NCBI GenBank assembly: GCA_000092065.1 | Contig: CP000593.1 | DNA: 64,000 bases | Source of the DNA: Ostreococcus lucimarinus | Lineage: Eukaryota | Direction: 5' to 3' (one strand) | Shown here: piece by piece, positions 37,859-47,766 of the stretch | Layout of the letters: each line of letters starts with the position of its first letter | Position numbering within the stretch: position 1 is the stretch's first letter | Position numbers and translations under genes: made by a program | Notes under the pieces: generated by a model | Database searches by the model: none | The model's input: the letters and a program-made list of their open reading frames with translations, nothing else | Told to the model about the DNA's origin: nothing

Positions 37859-39007
37859 TTACACCACGCTCCACGGAATTTCCTCACCCGCGTAAAATGG
37901 CACCACCGTAGTGTCACCAAACTTGTACTCATCCGGCACTTTCCAAGCCTTCTTCTCCAACGTCACCGTCTCGGTGTTACGCGGGACGCGGTAAAAGTCG
38001 GCTCCGTTGTGCGACGCAAACGCCTCGAGCTTGTCGAGCGCGTCGACGGATTCGAAAGCCATGGCGTAGAGTGGCAACGCGGCATGCGCAGAGAAGATAC
38101 CCGCGCACCCGCACGCGGCCTCCTTTGCGCCTTTGGGGTGCGGCGCGCTGTCGGTGCCGAGGAAAAACTTGCCGCTCCCGCTCGTCGCCGCCGCGAGCAC
38201 GGCTTCGCGATGCTCCTCACGCTTTAAGATGGGCAAGCAATAGAAATGTGGTCTTAAACCACCCTTGAAAAGGGCGTTACGATTGAACAGCACGTGTTGC
38301 GGCGTCACTGACGCTGCGACGTTCGGCCCCGCCGCGGCGACAAACTCGGCGGCGTCGCGCGTCGTGATGTGTTCCATCACCACCCTCAAATCCGGAGATC
38401 TATCCAACAGCGGCATCAAAACGTCCTGAATGAATCTCGCCTCTCGATCGAACACGTCCACGCTCGCGTGCGTCACTTCTCCGTGCACTTGCAACGTCAG
38501 CCCCAGTTCCGCCATGCGTTTCGTCGCCTTCGCCACGTTCGCCACATCCGTCACCCCAAATTCACTGTTCGTCGTCGCCCCTGCCGGGTACAGCTTATAC
38601 CCTCGCACGAATCCACACGCGTGCGCTTCCTCGACTTGCTCTACCGTGGTGTTATCCGTGAGATACAGCGTCATGTGCGGTTCGAATCCGTCGCTCGCCG
38701 GCGCCGCCTTCGCGATGAGTTCCCGGTACTTTTCAGCCTCGCTCGCCGTGCGCACGGGCGGCGTCAGGTTCGGCATCACCAGCGCGCGCTTGAACGTCTT
38801 CGACGTGAACGGGACGACGTCGGCGAGCTTTGAGGCGTCGCGGACGTGCAGGTGCCAGTCGTCCGGTCGAGCGATGGTCAGCGAGGACGCCCGCGCGACG
38901 GCGACGCGCGCGCGCGGCGAGGCGCGCGCGCGACGACCCGGAAGCACCGTCGCTTCGAGGGAGAGTCGCGACGACGCGAGGGCGCGTGGAGAGAGGAGTC
39001 GCGGCAT
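37859..39007 (-). CDS. Dihydroorotase (homodimeric E. coli PyrC type), organellar presequence
   Basis: DDWHLHVRD metal-binding motif, HITT, FLGTDSAPH. ATG verified at 39007 (MPRLLSPRALASSRLS...). TGTAA immediately after the stop on the sense strand. Confidence 0.8.
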   Translation of the reverse strand: MPRLLSPRALASSRLSLEATVLPGRRARASPRARVAVARASSLTIARPDDWHLHVRDASKLADVVPFTSKTFKRALVMPNLTPPVRTASEAEKYRELIAKAAPASDGFEPHMTLYLTDNTTVEQVEEAHACGFVRGYKLYPAGATTNSEFGVTDVANVAKATKRMAELGLTLQVHGEVTHASVDVFDREARFIQDVLMPLLDRSPDLRVVMEHITTRDAAEFVAAAGPNVAASVTPQHVLFNRNALFKGGLRPHFYCLPILKREEHREAVLAAATSGSGKFFLGTDSAPHPKGAKEAACGCAGIFSAHAALPLYAMAFESVDALDKLEAFASHNGADFYRVPRNTETVTLEKKAWKVPDEYKFGDTTVVPFYAGEEIPWSVV

Positions 39008-39166
39008 GGCGGGCGGGCTCGAAGTGACGCGCGAGGGCGGCGGCGGCGCCGAGAGACGCTCGTCTCGATTCGAGCGCGCGCGTCGCGTCGAATCGCGTCG
39101 CGCTGCGCTGTTTAGTTTTACACGCACCCACCGTAGCTAGTGGTGGTTGTCATCTCGCGCGCGGCG

Positions 39167-40102
39167 TCACTTGCGCAGGGCGCAACAACCGCCGCACACG
39201 CTATTGAACATTCGCACAAGCGGACTGAGCTCGGCGCCGTCGCCGCCCCGACCGCCTTTGCCTTCGCCCATGAACTGCGAACTCGATCGACTGAGCGAGT
39301 TCACGCCTCTCGCGGCTAAATCGATGACGACCTGACCGGTCTTCGTGTTCCCGACCACGGGCATGTCGTCCTTGTACTGCTCGAAATCCATCTCGGCGCC
39401 GTTTTCAGTCAACCCGGCTTCGAGCTCCAAGCTCGCGATGCTCTCGTGCAATCGCGACTTGCTCGTCGTTAAACTATCGCTCACCGCGTTTATCCGCCCA
39501 CTCACGCTCCCGAGCTCGCTCTTTTTATCGTTCCTCGCCGTCGCACCCCCAGCCACGCGTTCGCTCGGCAGCGAAAAATCAACCGAAAACTCGCTCGCGA
39601 GCTCATCCGCGTCCGCCGCGCTCCCATCGTCGTCCACCGTGCTCCCGTACATCATCGAGTACCCGACCAACGAATTTTCATCGTTCATCGATCGTCCATC
39701 GCCGCTATCTCCGCTCTTCACGCTCCATTTATCCCCTCCTCGTTCCCGTTCTCGTTCCCGTTCGCCGCGCGTCGTCCCGCTCGTCCCGTTCGCCCCTCGC
39801 GGCGCCTGTCCCGTCCCCGTTCGTTTCTCCGCGAACGACTCCAGCTGCCGCACCAGCGCCGTGAGTTCGTTATCTCCGCCCTCCTCGTCCTCCTCGCCGT
39901 CGTACGGCGAGACGAGCGTCGATCGCGGTTTCGATGCGTCGCGCGCGTCCGCGTCTCTGAATTCCCTCAGCGCGCGCTCCGTGAGCTCCACCGCCTGCAC
40001 CGTGCGCGCGCGCGTGTCCGACAGGCGATGCGAGACGTCGTCCGCGCTCGCGCGCGCGCGCGCGAGGTCCACCGACGCGTCCGCGCGAGGGCGCGGCGGC
40101 AT
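39167..40102 (-). CDS. Hypothetical acidic/Ser-rich protein ending ...CGGCCALRK
   Basis: ATG verified at 40102, only 27 bp from the divergent fibrillin ATG, so one of the two starts may be wrong. The C-terminal half has ordinary coding composition. Confidence 0.35.
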   Translation of the reverse strand: MPPRPRADASVDLARARASADDVSHRLSDTRARTVQAVELTERALREFRDADARDASKPRSTLVSPYDGEEDEEGGDNELTALVRQLESFAEKRTGTGQAPRGANGTSGTTRGERERERERGGDKWSVKSGDSGDGRSMNDENSLVGYSMMYGSTVDDDGSAADADELASEFSVDFSLPSERVAGGATARNDKKSELGSVSGRINAVSDSLTTSKSRLHESIASLELEAGLTENGAEMDFEQYKDDMPVVGNTKTGQVVIDLAARGVNSLSRSSSQFMGEGKGGRGGDGAELSPLVRMFNSVCGGCCALRK

Positions 40103-40128
40103 TCGCGTCGAGAATACGATCGCGCGCG

Positions 40129-41088
40129 ATGTGGCGCGTCACAATCGCGCGACGCGCGCGCGACGCGAGTTCGCGGCGCTCGGGCGAACGGGACGCGATC
40201 GCGACGATGCGCGTCGCCGTCGCGCGCGCGGACGCGACGCGCGCGCGCGCGCGCGCGGCGGCGTCGCCGCGAAGGACGACGTCGACGGGGGTCGGTTCGA
40301 GGTTCGAGCGGGCGCGCGCGACGACGACGCGCGCGATCGACGACGCGCGCGCGCGAGGAAAGGGTGGTGACGTCGACGCGGAGGCGCGCGCGGACGAGGC
40401 GCGCGCGCGCGCGAGGGCGCGGCTGCGGGAGGCGTGCGCGGGGACGTATCGCGGGGCGCTGGCGACGCGCGACGACGCGGCGGAGATCATGGCGGCGGCG
40501 GGCGCGCTCGAGCGGCTGACGACGAGCGAGACGATCGAGTGGGATGCGCTGGATGGGAAGTGGCGGTTGGCGTACACGAACGCGGCGGACGTGCTGGGGC
40601 TGTTGATGGCGTCGCAGAGGTTGGGGGTGCCCGAGGTGGGGGATATTTTTCAGAGCTTCGGGTGCGCGAACGGGACGAATACGGGGATCACGAACGAGAT
40701 ACGCCTGAGCGTGCCGTTTTTGTTGAGCGAGGCGAAGGTTGGCGCGCCGGGAGGCGTCGGATTGCGCGTGCAGGCGAGTTTTAAGGATGTCGGGCGGCGG
40801 CGCATCGCGTTGACGTTTCAAGAGGCGCAGGTGAGCGAGATTAGTATTTCGCCGCTCGCCGAGACGTTGTTGGCGCCGGCGATTTTGCCTCGGTCGTCGC
40901 TGAATCATCAAGTGCTGATGTTTATCAAAGAGCTCGAGCTGAAGTTTCCGCTTCGGGGCGCTCTGACGTCCATGGGCGGCGGAGAAGCTGGCGCCGCCGT
41001 GGGCACGTATCATCTCACGTTTTGCGACGAGGACATGTTGATCGGACGCGCCGCCGCGGGCGGAATATACATTTTCACGCGCGCTTAA
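40129..41088 (+). CDS. Fibrillin / plastid-lipid-associated protein (PAP) family
   Basis: LDGKWRLAYTN...IFQSF...LTFQEAQVS...TYHLTFCDEDMLIGRAAAGGIYIFTRA fits the PAP_fibrillin domain layout. ATG verified at 40129. The Arg/Ala-rich N-terminus may be a transit peptide, or the true start is further downstream. Confidence 0.6.
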   Translation: MWRVTIARRARDASSRRSGERDAIATMRVAVARADATRARARAAASPRRTTSTGVGSRFERARATTTRAIDDARARGKGGDVDAEARADEARARARARLREACAGTYRGALATRDDAAEIMAAAGALERLTTSETIEWDALDGKWRLAYTNAADVLGLLMASQRLGVPEVGDIFQSFGCANGTNTGITNEIRLSVPFLLSEAKVGAPGGVGLRVQASFKDVGRRRIALTFQEAQVSEISISPLAETLLAPAILPRSSLNHQVLMFIKELELKFPLRGALTSMGGGEAGAAVGTYHLTFCDEDMLIGRAAAGGIYIFTRA

Positions 41089-41182
41089 TTAGCAATTCTT
41101 TCCTTGTAGATTCACACACGCTGCTACTACGTACGTGCGTACGCACCACCACTAAATTCTATAAGTTTCTGACTCGCGTCGA

Positions 41183-42950
41183 TCATCGCTTGCGCATGTT
41201 CACGCCCGCTCTGAGAACCTCATCCGTGCAGAGTAACTGCGTGGCGATGATGGGCGCAGAGTGCAGAATTTGCTGTTTGACGAGAAAGTTGTCGTAGATA
41301 CCACTCATGGTGGGGTCGAAGGGCTCGCCGATGCTGATATCGAAACCGACGACGTTGCCTCTGTCGTGCTCCTCTTGCATGTCGATGATGGCGTCTTGCG
41401 GATCGTAACCGCTGTTCTCCGCGAGTGTCTTCGGGACCACGAGCATGGCTTCCGCAAACGCCTCGACGCCGCGTTTCGCGCGACCTTCGACCATCTTGGT
41501 GACGTTCTCCTTCAAGTGCTTGTTCAAGGCCATCTCAAACGCACCCGCGCCCGGAACCACGGCCTTGTCGGTCAACACATTCTTCACCGCCCGCAAGCCA
41601 TCTCGCACCGCATCCTTGAGCTGTGCGATGGTGTGATCGTTCGAGCCTTTTAAAAGTACCGTGCACGACGTCGGGTTGACGACTTTTTCCACAAAAGTGT
41701 ACTTTTCCTCGCCCAAGACGTACTCGTACACTTCGCCGGCGTGGCCCAAAATTTCCGGCGAGAGTTCCTCAACAGAGTTGATGCATTGACCACCACATGC
41801 GAGGACGAGACGCTCCATGTTTCGGCGCTTGGCGCGACGAAGTCCCATAATGCCTTCCTTACAGAGCATGTCCAGAGAGATTGGGTCGATCCCCTTTTGT
41901 GTGATGACGACGAAACCCTTGTCGTTGCCGTCGCACACCTGCTTCTTGAGCGCGATCACCTTGCGCACGGTTTCATCGGTGTACGCGCGCTCGGCGGCGA
42001 CCATCTTCTCGCGCTGTTCCGCATCGGTGTACATGAACGTCGAGTTCACCTCCGATCGTTCGTATTCCAGGCTGATGTTACACGTCAACACGAACGCGTC
42101 CTCCACGTATCTCTTCATATCCGGATGTCTCGCCCCGTGGTCGAGGACCAAACCCTGAATCAATTTGGTTTCGTCATCCGTCTGATGCTTCATGGTCATG
42201 ATCTCCACCATGTGCAAATCGATCGACTCTTCCGGTTTGGCGATGCACAACACAGCGTCGACGACGATCGTCGTCAACTTATCAGCCAACTCTTCCCGCA
42301 ACTTTGTTCGCAACGCCGTGCGCGCCACGCACAACAACATTTCTCGATCCGGCGCTTCCACACCCGGCGCCGCGCGCTTGAACGTTTCCAAAAACTTCAG
42401 CGACTCGCGTTTCGCCACATCGAATCCCTCCACGATCACTCTCGGATGCAAACCCTCATTCAAATACCGCTCCGCTTGCTTCAACAACTCTCCGATGACG
42501 AGCACCGTCGTCGTCGTCCCGTCCCCGGTGATATCATCCTGCGCCACCGCCGTCCTCGCGATCATGATCGCCGTCGGGTTTTGAATCTGCATCTCTCTCA
42601 GCAGCACGTTCCCATCCTTCGTGAGCTTCAAACCTACGCACATCGATTTCAACATCGCCGTCAGTCGTTCGGTCAACAGAGTCAACGCCGCGCCGCGTTC
42701 GCGCGAAATCCAACAGATCACCGTCACCGCGCATCTCTCACGCGCCGCCGTGACGCGCGAAACCGCGATGTATCGACGAAACGATCGTACACGCACCTCC
42801 AGCACCGTCGACGAGCATCTTGATCGTCCCTTTCGGGCCTAAATTCGTCTTCATCACGTCTTGGAGACCCTTGGCGGCGTTGATGTTCATGAACAGCGCG
42901 GCATCGGCGTTCATGAGCTCGGCGTTGGGGTTGATGGACTTGAGCGACAT
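41183..42950 (-). CDS. CCT6: T-complex protein 1 subunit zeta (CCT6); 2 exons 42950..42797 and 42633..41183
   Basis: Exon 1 [51 protein letters not shown], exon 2 [27 protein letters not shown]...: collinear with CCT zeta across the splice. GDGTTT and GPN-type chaperonin blocks. Confidence 0.85.
42634..42796 (-). other. Spliceosomal intron (163 nt) in CCT6
   Basis: Donor GGAG|GTGCGTGT, branch ACGACTGACGGCG, acceptor GTGCGTAG|. Phase 1. The ORF-track 'start' of the long CCT6 ORF (42805) is intronic. Confidence 0.75.
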
Positions 42951-43208
42951 CGCGACGGCGTGGGATCACGTTCACGCGCGCGTGTGCGCGTCCAAAGGGA
43001 GATCGATGCGCGCGTGCGTCGTGGACGCGTCGCGATCTGATGCCGACCAAAGTCATCCATCCAAAGTCGCCATTCGCGAGTCCAGCGGCGGTTCGCGATT
43101 TTGACCGTGGCCCCGACGCCGGCGCGGTCGGTCGATTCGGCGCGCGGTGGCTAAAATTAAAAGGGCTACTTTTAGGTTTGGATAGTGCGTGGAACGAGGC
43201 GCGAGCGG

Positions 43209-44411
43209 TCACTTGATGTCGCAAAAATCGACGTCGCCGGCTTCGCCAGAGTACGATACGTGGAGCTCGAGCTCGGGATTCGCGATGTGGAGCATCATTT
43301 TGACCACGGCGCACTCGCTGGTCATGACCGGGCCAGATTTGGCCCCTACGGCTAACGCGCCGAGACCGGCGGCGTAGAGCTCCGGTCGTAATTCGCCGCT
43401 TTGACACTGCGTCGATAGGTAGATTTGCAATCCGCGCGACGCTTGGCTGGTGAGCCAAGGGACGAGGCTCTGCGGGAAGTTTCCCACGCCGAACGCTTCC
43501 AAGATGATGCCTCGCACGCCTCGACCGTACAAATCGCCGTACGCCTTTTCGATGTCTAAGCCAGGAATCACCGGGACGCGTATGACGTTCGAATTCAACT
43601 CAAATTGCGGCGCGTACTCTGGCGCCGGCCGTAACAAACGCGCGTGGTTCCAATCGACCCCCACTCCTAATCTCGCGAGCGCTGGATACGAAGGTGAACT
43701 AAACGCCGCGTACACCGTCGCGCTCGTCTTTGACGCGCGATTCCCGCGTAAAAGCTTACCGCCGAAACAAATCGCCACCTCCGCGAAATCCACGGTACCT
43801 CCGCAGCTTCGACTCGCGCAACAGCACGTCAGGGCGTCAATCAAATTTTGGCGCGCGTCCGATCGCGCGAACGACAGAGGCAACTGCGAGCCCGTCAACA
43901 CGATCGGCTTTCCGAACCCAACCAGCATCAACGACAGCGCGCTCGCCGCGTACGCCATCGTATCCGTTCCGTGCGCCACGACGAACGCCGAGTACTCCTC
44001 CCTCCTCTCGTGCAGCGCCCGCGCGAGCGTCACCCAATCCTTTCCGTCCATCTCGCTCGAGTCTTTATTCATCAACACCTCCACGTCCAGCCGCGCGAAA
44101 TCTCGCAGCTCGGGTATCACCTCCTGCACGTCCAACAGATATTTCGACGCCCCCAGCGGTCTGTACTTGCCACCCGCGCGCGGGACGACGTCCGCCTCTC
44201 GCAGCTCGAACGACTCCACCCCCATCCCGAGCGTGCCGCCGCAGTGGAGCAGCATCACGCGCGGTCGCTCGTCGTCGCCCGTCGTCGCGCTCGCGGAGGC
44301 ATCGCGCGCGCGCGCGAGCGATTTCACCGGCGACGCGCGCGAGTCGGGCACCGACGCGACGAACGCGTCGTAGCTCTCGCTTCGCGGGATCGCGCCGGGC
44401 GCGAACGGCAT
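43209..44411 (-). CDS. L-asparaginase, bacterial type I (AnsA) family
   Basis: HGTDTMAYAASALSLMLVGFGKPIVLTGSQLPL matches the AnsA active-site region. ATG verified at 44411 (alternative at 44465). Confidence 0.7.
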   Translation of the reverse strand: MPFAPGAIPRSESYDAFVASVPDSRASPVKSLARARDASASATTGDDERPRVMLLHCGGTLGMGVESFELREADVVPRAGGKYRPLGASKYLLDVQEVIPELRDFARLDVEVLMNKDSSEMDGKDWVTLARALHERREEYSAFVVAHGTDTMAYAASALSLMLVGFGKPIVLTGSQLPLSFARSDARQNLIDALTCCCASRSCGGTVDFAEVAICFGGKLLRGNRASKTSATVYAAFSSPSYPALARLGVGVDWNHARLLRPAPEYAPQFELNSNVIRVPVIPGLDIEKAYGDLYGRGVRGIILEAFGVGNFPQSLVPWLTSQASRGLQIYLSTQCQSGELRPELYAAGLGALAVGAKSGPVMTSECAVVKMMLHIANPELELHVSYSGEAGDVDFCDIK

Positions 44412-44550
44412 GGACACGCGCGACGCGTCGCGTCGCTCGCTCGCGACGTCGGGCGCGCGCGACATCGCGTCGCGAAGTGCGCGAGGCGTCGGTCGGCGAA
44501 GCCAATCGTCGTTTCGAGGCGCCCTCGCGCGAGGACGCGTTGCAAACGGC

Positions 44551-44580
44551 TACGCTACGCTACGCTACGCTACGCTACGC
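44551..44580. repeat. Pentanucleotide microsatellite (TACGC)6
   Basis: Six perfect tandem TACGC units. It overlaps the stop codon (TAG, sense strand) and the start of the 3'UTR of the mitochondrial-carrier gene and lies upstream of the asparaginase gene. Confidence 0.9.
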
Positions 44581-45567
44581 GACGGGATCGTCGTTTAATA
44601 CGCCTAAAACGCCCTCGTACGCGGCGAACGTGATGGCCGAACTCGGTAACACGCGAACGACGTTGGGGGCGAAGCCCTTGTAGAAGCCGCGAACGCCCTC
44701 GCGAGCGAAGGTGCGCGAGACGGCTTCGCCGAAGCGCGCGTACGTCGGGGCGTCCGCGGGTCTACCGACGTCCGAGCGCTGTTGAATGCGCGCGCGCACG
44801 ACTTGAATTGGATAAGTCGCGGTCACGGCGATGAATTTCGACGCCAAGCCCAGGGCGCCAGCCTCGACCGGGGCGACGTCCGCCGCGCCCCCTCGCGCGC
44901 GTCTCGCTCTGCCGCTCGCCGCGATTTCCTTCAACCACTCGTACGCCGTCAACTGTATCGAACCGTGCGAGACGAGCCATATCGACGGCACGAGTCCCTT
45001 GTATAACCCTCTCAACCCTTCCTTTCGCGCGATCGTCGCCAACGCGTCGACGAATCCCGCGTATCGCTTTTCGCCGCTCTTCGCCGCTTCGCTCGCCGCG
45101 TCCCCTAATCCTCCTCCTCTCTGCAACTGCAACCGCGTCTTCACCACCCAAATCGGGTTCGTCAGCACCGTCGTCACCACCCCCGCCTCCGTGGCCGCCA
45201 TCATGTTCGCGCCCGCCGGCAGCGCCCCGTTTCGCTCTCGTCCGAGCGCGTCCGCGTACCGCGCCCGCGCGCCGTCGTACCACGCGAAATACGCCCCCCA
45301 GCTCACCGCGCTCCCGACGATCGCCGGCGCGGCGCCCGCGTAGATCCCGCGCGCGCCTTCCTCGGCGACGATCCGTCGCGCGCCTCGCCACGCGCCCGCG
45401 TACCGCGCGCGTCGCGCGTCCGGGTCGTCCTGCACCTGCAGCCGCGTCTTCACGACGTCGAGCGGGTGCAGCGCGAGCGTGCTCGACGCGCCGCCCGCGA
45501 CGCCGGCGACGAACGCGCGCCAATCGCTCGCGCGCGCGTCGCGCGCGTCGGCGCGCGCGCGCGCCAT
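44575..45567 (-). CDS. Mitochondrial carrier family protein (folate/FAD/NAD-type transporter-like)
   Basis: Three MCF repeats with PLDVVKTRLQ, PIWVVKTRLQ, YPIQVVRARIQ signatures. ATG verified at 45567. Confidence 0.75.
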   Translation of the reverse strand: MARARADARDARASDWRAFVAGVAGGASSTLALHPLDVVKTRLQVQDDPDARRARYAGAWRGARRIVAEEGARGIYAGAAPAIVGSAVSWGAYFAWYDGARARYADALGRERNGALPAGANMMAATEAGVVTTVLTNPIWVVKTRLQLQRGGGLGDAASEAAKSGEKRYAGFVDALATIARKEGLRGLYKGLVPSIWLVSHGSIQLTAYEWLKEIAASGRARRARGGAADVAPVEAGALGLASKFIAVTATYPIQVVRARIQQRSDVGRPADAPTYARFGEAVSRTFAREGVRGFYKGFAPNVVRVLPSSAITFAAYEGVLGVLNDDPVA

Positions 45568-45623
45568 GCTGCGGCGTCCGCCGCGCGGGCCGTCGAGGCT
45601 GGGCGGCGTTCTGCTGATACTCA

Positions 45624-45640
45624 CACTGTTTACCCATACG
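45624..45640 (-). promoter_or_regulatory. CGTATGGGTAAACAGTG promoter element (reads in sense on the minus strand), 57 nt upstream of the carrier ATG
   Basis: Perfect reverse-complement copy of the 5643-5659 element. Followed, in the same relative position as copy 2 at 5675-5691, by AAGACACA. Confidence 0.4.
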
Positions 45641-46181
45641 AAGACACATACTCTTGAGTCATGAACCGTCGACGAAACGCACGCGTCGACGCATCCTCGC
45701 GAAGACCCCAGGACGGCGGCGGCGCCATTCTTCGACGGTCAAAGGTGCGCCCGCGCGCGGCGAACGACGCGCGCGCGACGGCGATCGACGGACGCGGCGG
45801 TGGGAAATATTCGCGCGCGTCGCGGCGCGCGCGCGAGGGCGCGCGACGACGCGAGGGCGAGGCGATGCGGGCGCCGCGCGATCGATCGCGGACGACGATC
45901 GATCGCGGACGGCGCGCGGACGACGATCGGACGCGGTGACGCCGCGATGCGACGCGCGAGGCGTCGGTCGCGGATGGAAACGATCGGGAGGAATACGCGC
46001 GCGATGGATCGGGCGGCGCGGGACGCGCGCGAGGGTCGCGAGCGAGGGGGGGGGGCGAGGTTGACGATCGCGATCCGATGGCGGCGCGATGGCGGGAGGT
46101 TTGGACGCGGGACGAGGCGAGACGAGAGGAAGGGGGACTGACGATGCGCGCGTGGCTCGAAACAGTTGAAATAAACGCACA

Positions 46182-47585
46182 ATGTCTGAAGGCAAGGAAC
46201 ATCTTTCCATCGTGATCTGCGGTCACGTCGATTCCGGTAAGTCGACGACGACCGGTCGCTTGTTATTCGAGCTCGGGGGTATCCCGGAGCGCGAACTCGA
46301 AAAGCTTCGCGCCGAAGCCGATGCGCTCGGTAAGTCTTCTTTCGCGTTCGCGTTCTACATGGATCGCCAAAAGGAAGAGCGTGAGCGTGGTGTGACGATT
46401 TCTTGCACGACCAAGGAATTCTTCACGGACAAGTGGCACTACACCATCATCGACGCCCCGGGTCACCGCGATTTCATCAAGAACATGATTTCCGGCGCGG
46501 CGCAAGCCGATGTGGCGCTTCTCATGGTGCCGGCGGACGGTAACTTCACGGTCGCCATCCAAAAGGGTAACCACAAGGCTGGTGAAGTCCAAGGCCAAAC
46601 GCGCCAGCACGCGCGTCTTCTCAACTTGCTCGGCGTCAAGCAGCTCATTTGCGGCATCAACAAGATGGATTGCGACATGGCTGGCTACAAGCAAGAGCGT
46701 TACGAAGAAATTCGCAACGAAATGAAGAACATGTTGATCAAGGTCGGCTGGAAGAAGGATTACGTCGAGAAGAGCGTCCCGGTCCTCCCGATCTCTGGCT
46801 GGAACGGCGACAACTTGTTGTCCAAGTCCGCGAAGATGCCGTGGTGGAACGGCGTCGACGTCGAAGACTACATGGGCGGCGGCAAGAAGTTCCACATCGA
46901 CTGCCTCCTCAACGTCCTCAACGACATGGTCGACAAGCCGGACCGCAACACGGAAGCCGCCATGCGCCTTCCGATTTCCGGTGTCTACAAGATCAAGGGT
47001 GTCGGTGATGTCCTCGCCGGTCGCGTCGAGCAAGGTCTCGTCAAGCCGGGTGAAGACGTCGTCTTCCTCCCGACCCACACCTCCTCCAACCCGTGCGGTG
47101 GTAAGGTGTTCACCGTCGAAATGCACCACAAGCGCGTCGAAGCCGCCGCGCCGGGTGACAACGTCGGTATGAACATCAAGGGTCTCGACAAGCTCAACAT
47201 GCCGCGCACCGGTGACGTGATGATCTACAAGAAGGACACCTCCCTCGCCCCGTGCAAGGAGTTCACCGCGCAAATCCAAACCTTGGACATTCCGGGTGAA
47301 CTCAAGGCGGGCTACAGCCCCATCGGTTTCGTCCGATGCGGCCGCTCCGCGTGCAAGTTGACCGCGCTCAACTTCAAGGTTGGCAAGGAAACCGGCGGTA
47401 AGAAGCTCGAGTCCCCGATGTCGTTGAAGTCCAACGAAGTCGCCGAGTGCGTCTTCGAGCCGGTCCACCCGCTCGTCGTCGACTCCTTCAAGAAGTGCGA
47501 AGGTCTTTCCCGCATCGCTTTCTTGGACGGTAACACCGCCGTCATGTTGGGTAAGATCACCAAGGTTGAGTACAAGGCCATCTAA
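46182..47585 (+). CDS. EFL: Elongation factor-like GTPase EFL (replaces EF-1alpha)
   Basis: GHVDSGKST, DAPGH, NKMD GTPase motifs with EFL-specific insertions (e.g. MPWWNGVDVEDYMGGGKKFHIDCLL). 467 aa uninterrupted. ATG verified at 46182. Confidence 0.9.
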   Translation: MSEGKEHLSIVICGHVDSGKSTTTGRLLFELGGIPERELEKLRAEADALGKSSFAFAFYMDRQKEERERGVTISCTTKEFFTDKWHYTIIDAPGHRDFIKNMISGAAQADVALLMVPADGNFTVAIQKGNHKAGEVQGQTRQHARLLNLLGVKQLICGINKMDCDMAGYKQERYEEIRNEMKNMLIKVGWKKDYVEKSVPVLPISGWNGDNLLSKSAKMPWWNGVDVEDYMGGGKKFHIDCLLNVLNDMVDKPDRNTEAAMRLPISGVYKIKGVGDVLAGRVEQGLVKPGEDVVFLPTHTSSNPCGGKVFTVEMHHKRVEAAAPGDNVGMNIKGLDKLNMPRTGDVMIYKKDTSLAPCKEFTAQIQTLDIPGELKAGYSPIGFVRCGRSACKLTALNFKVGKETGGKKLESPMSLKSNEVAECVFEPVHPLVVDSFKKCEGLSRIAFLDGNTAVMLGKITKVEYKAI

Positions 47586-47766
47586 AGCCTTTGCTTCTTG
47601 ATCTTAGCGGTATAGAGTCCCAGTGAGAAAATACGTCGTACCATACTTTTGTGTTCAACGAACGAATGTGATCCTAAAATAAAGTTGTAACGAGAGACGC
47701 ATTCAAATTTTCGCCGAAAACAACCTCGAATTCAACATCAAATTAAAACACGTAAATCTACGCCGC

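Noticed and set aside
39967-41013. 348-aa minus-strand Arg-rich ORF
   Set aside because: It is antisense to the fibrillin gene, with no coding-like features.
44762-45649. 295-aa minus ORF starting MCLRMGKQCEYQQ...
   Set aside because: It is an alternative frame of the mitochondrial-carrier gene. The MGKQ at its start is simply the ATG inside the promoter motif. The carrier frame has clear MCF repeats.
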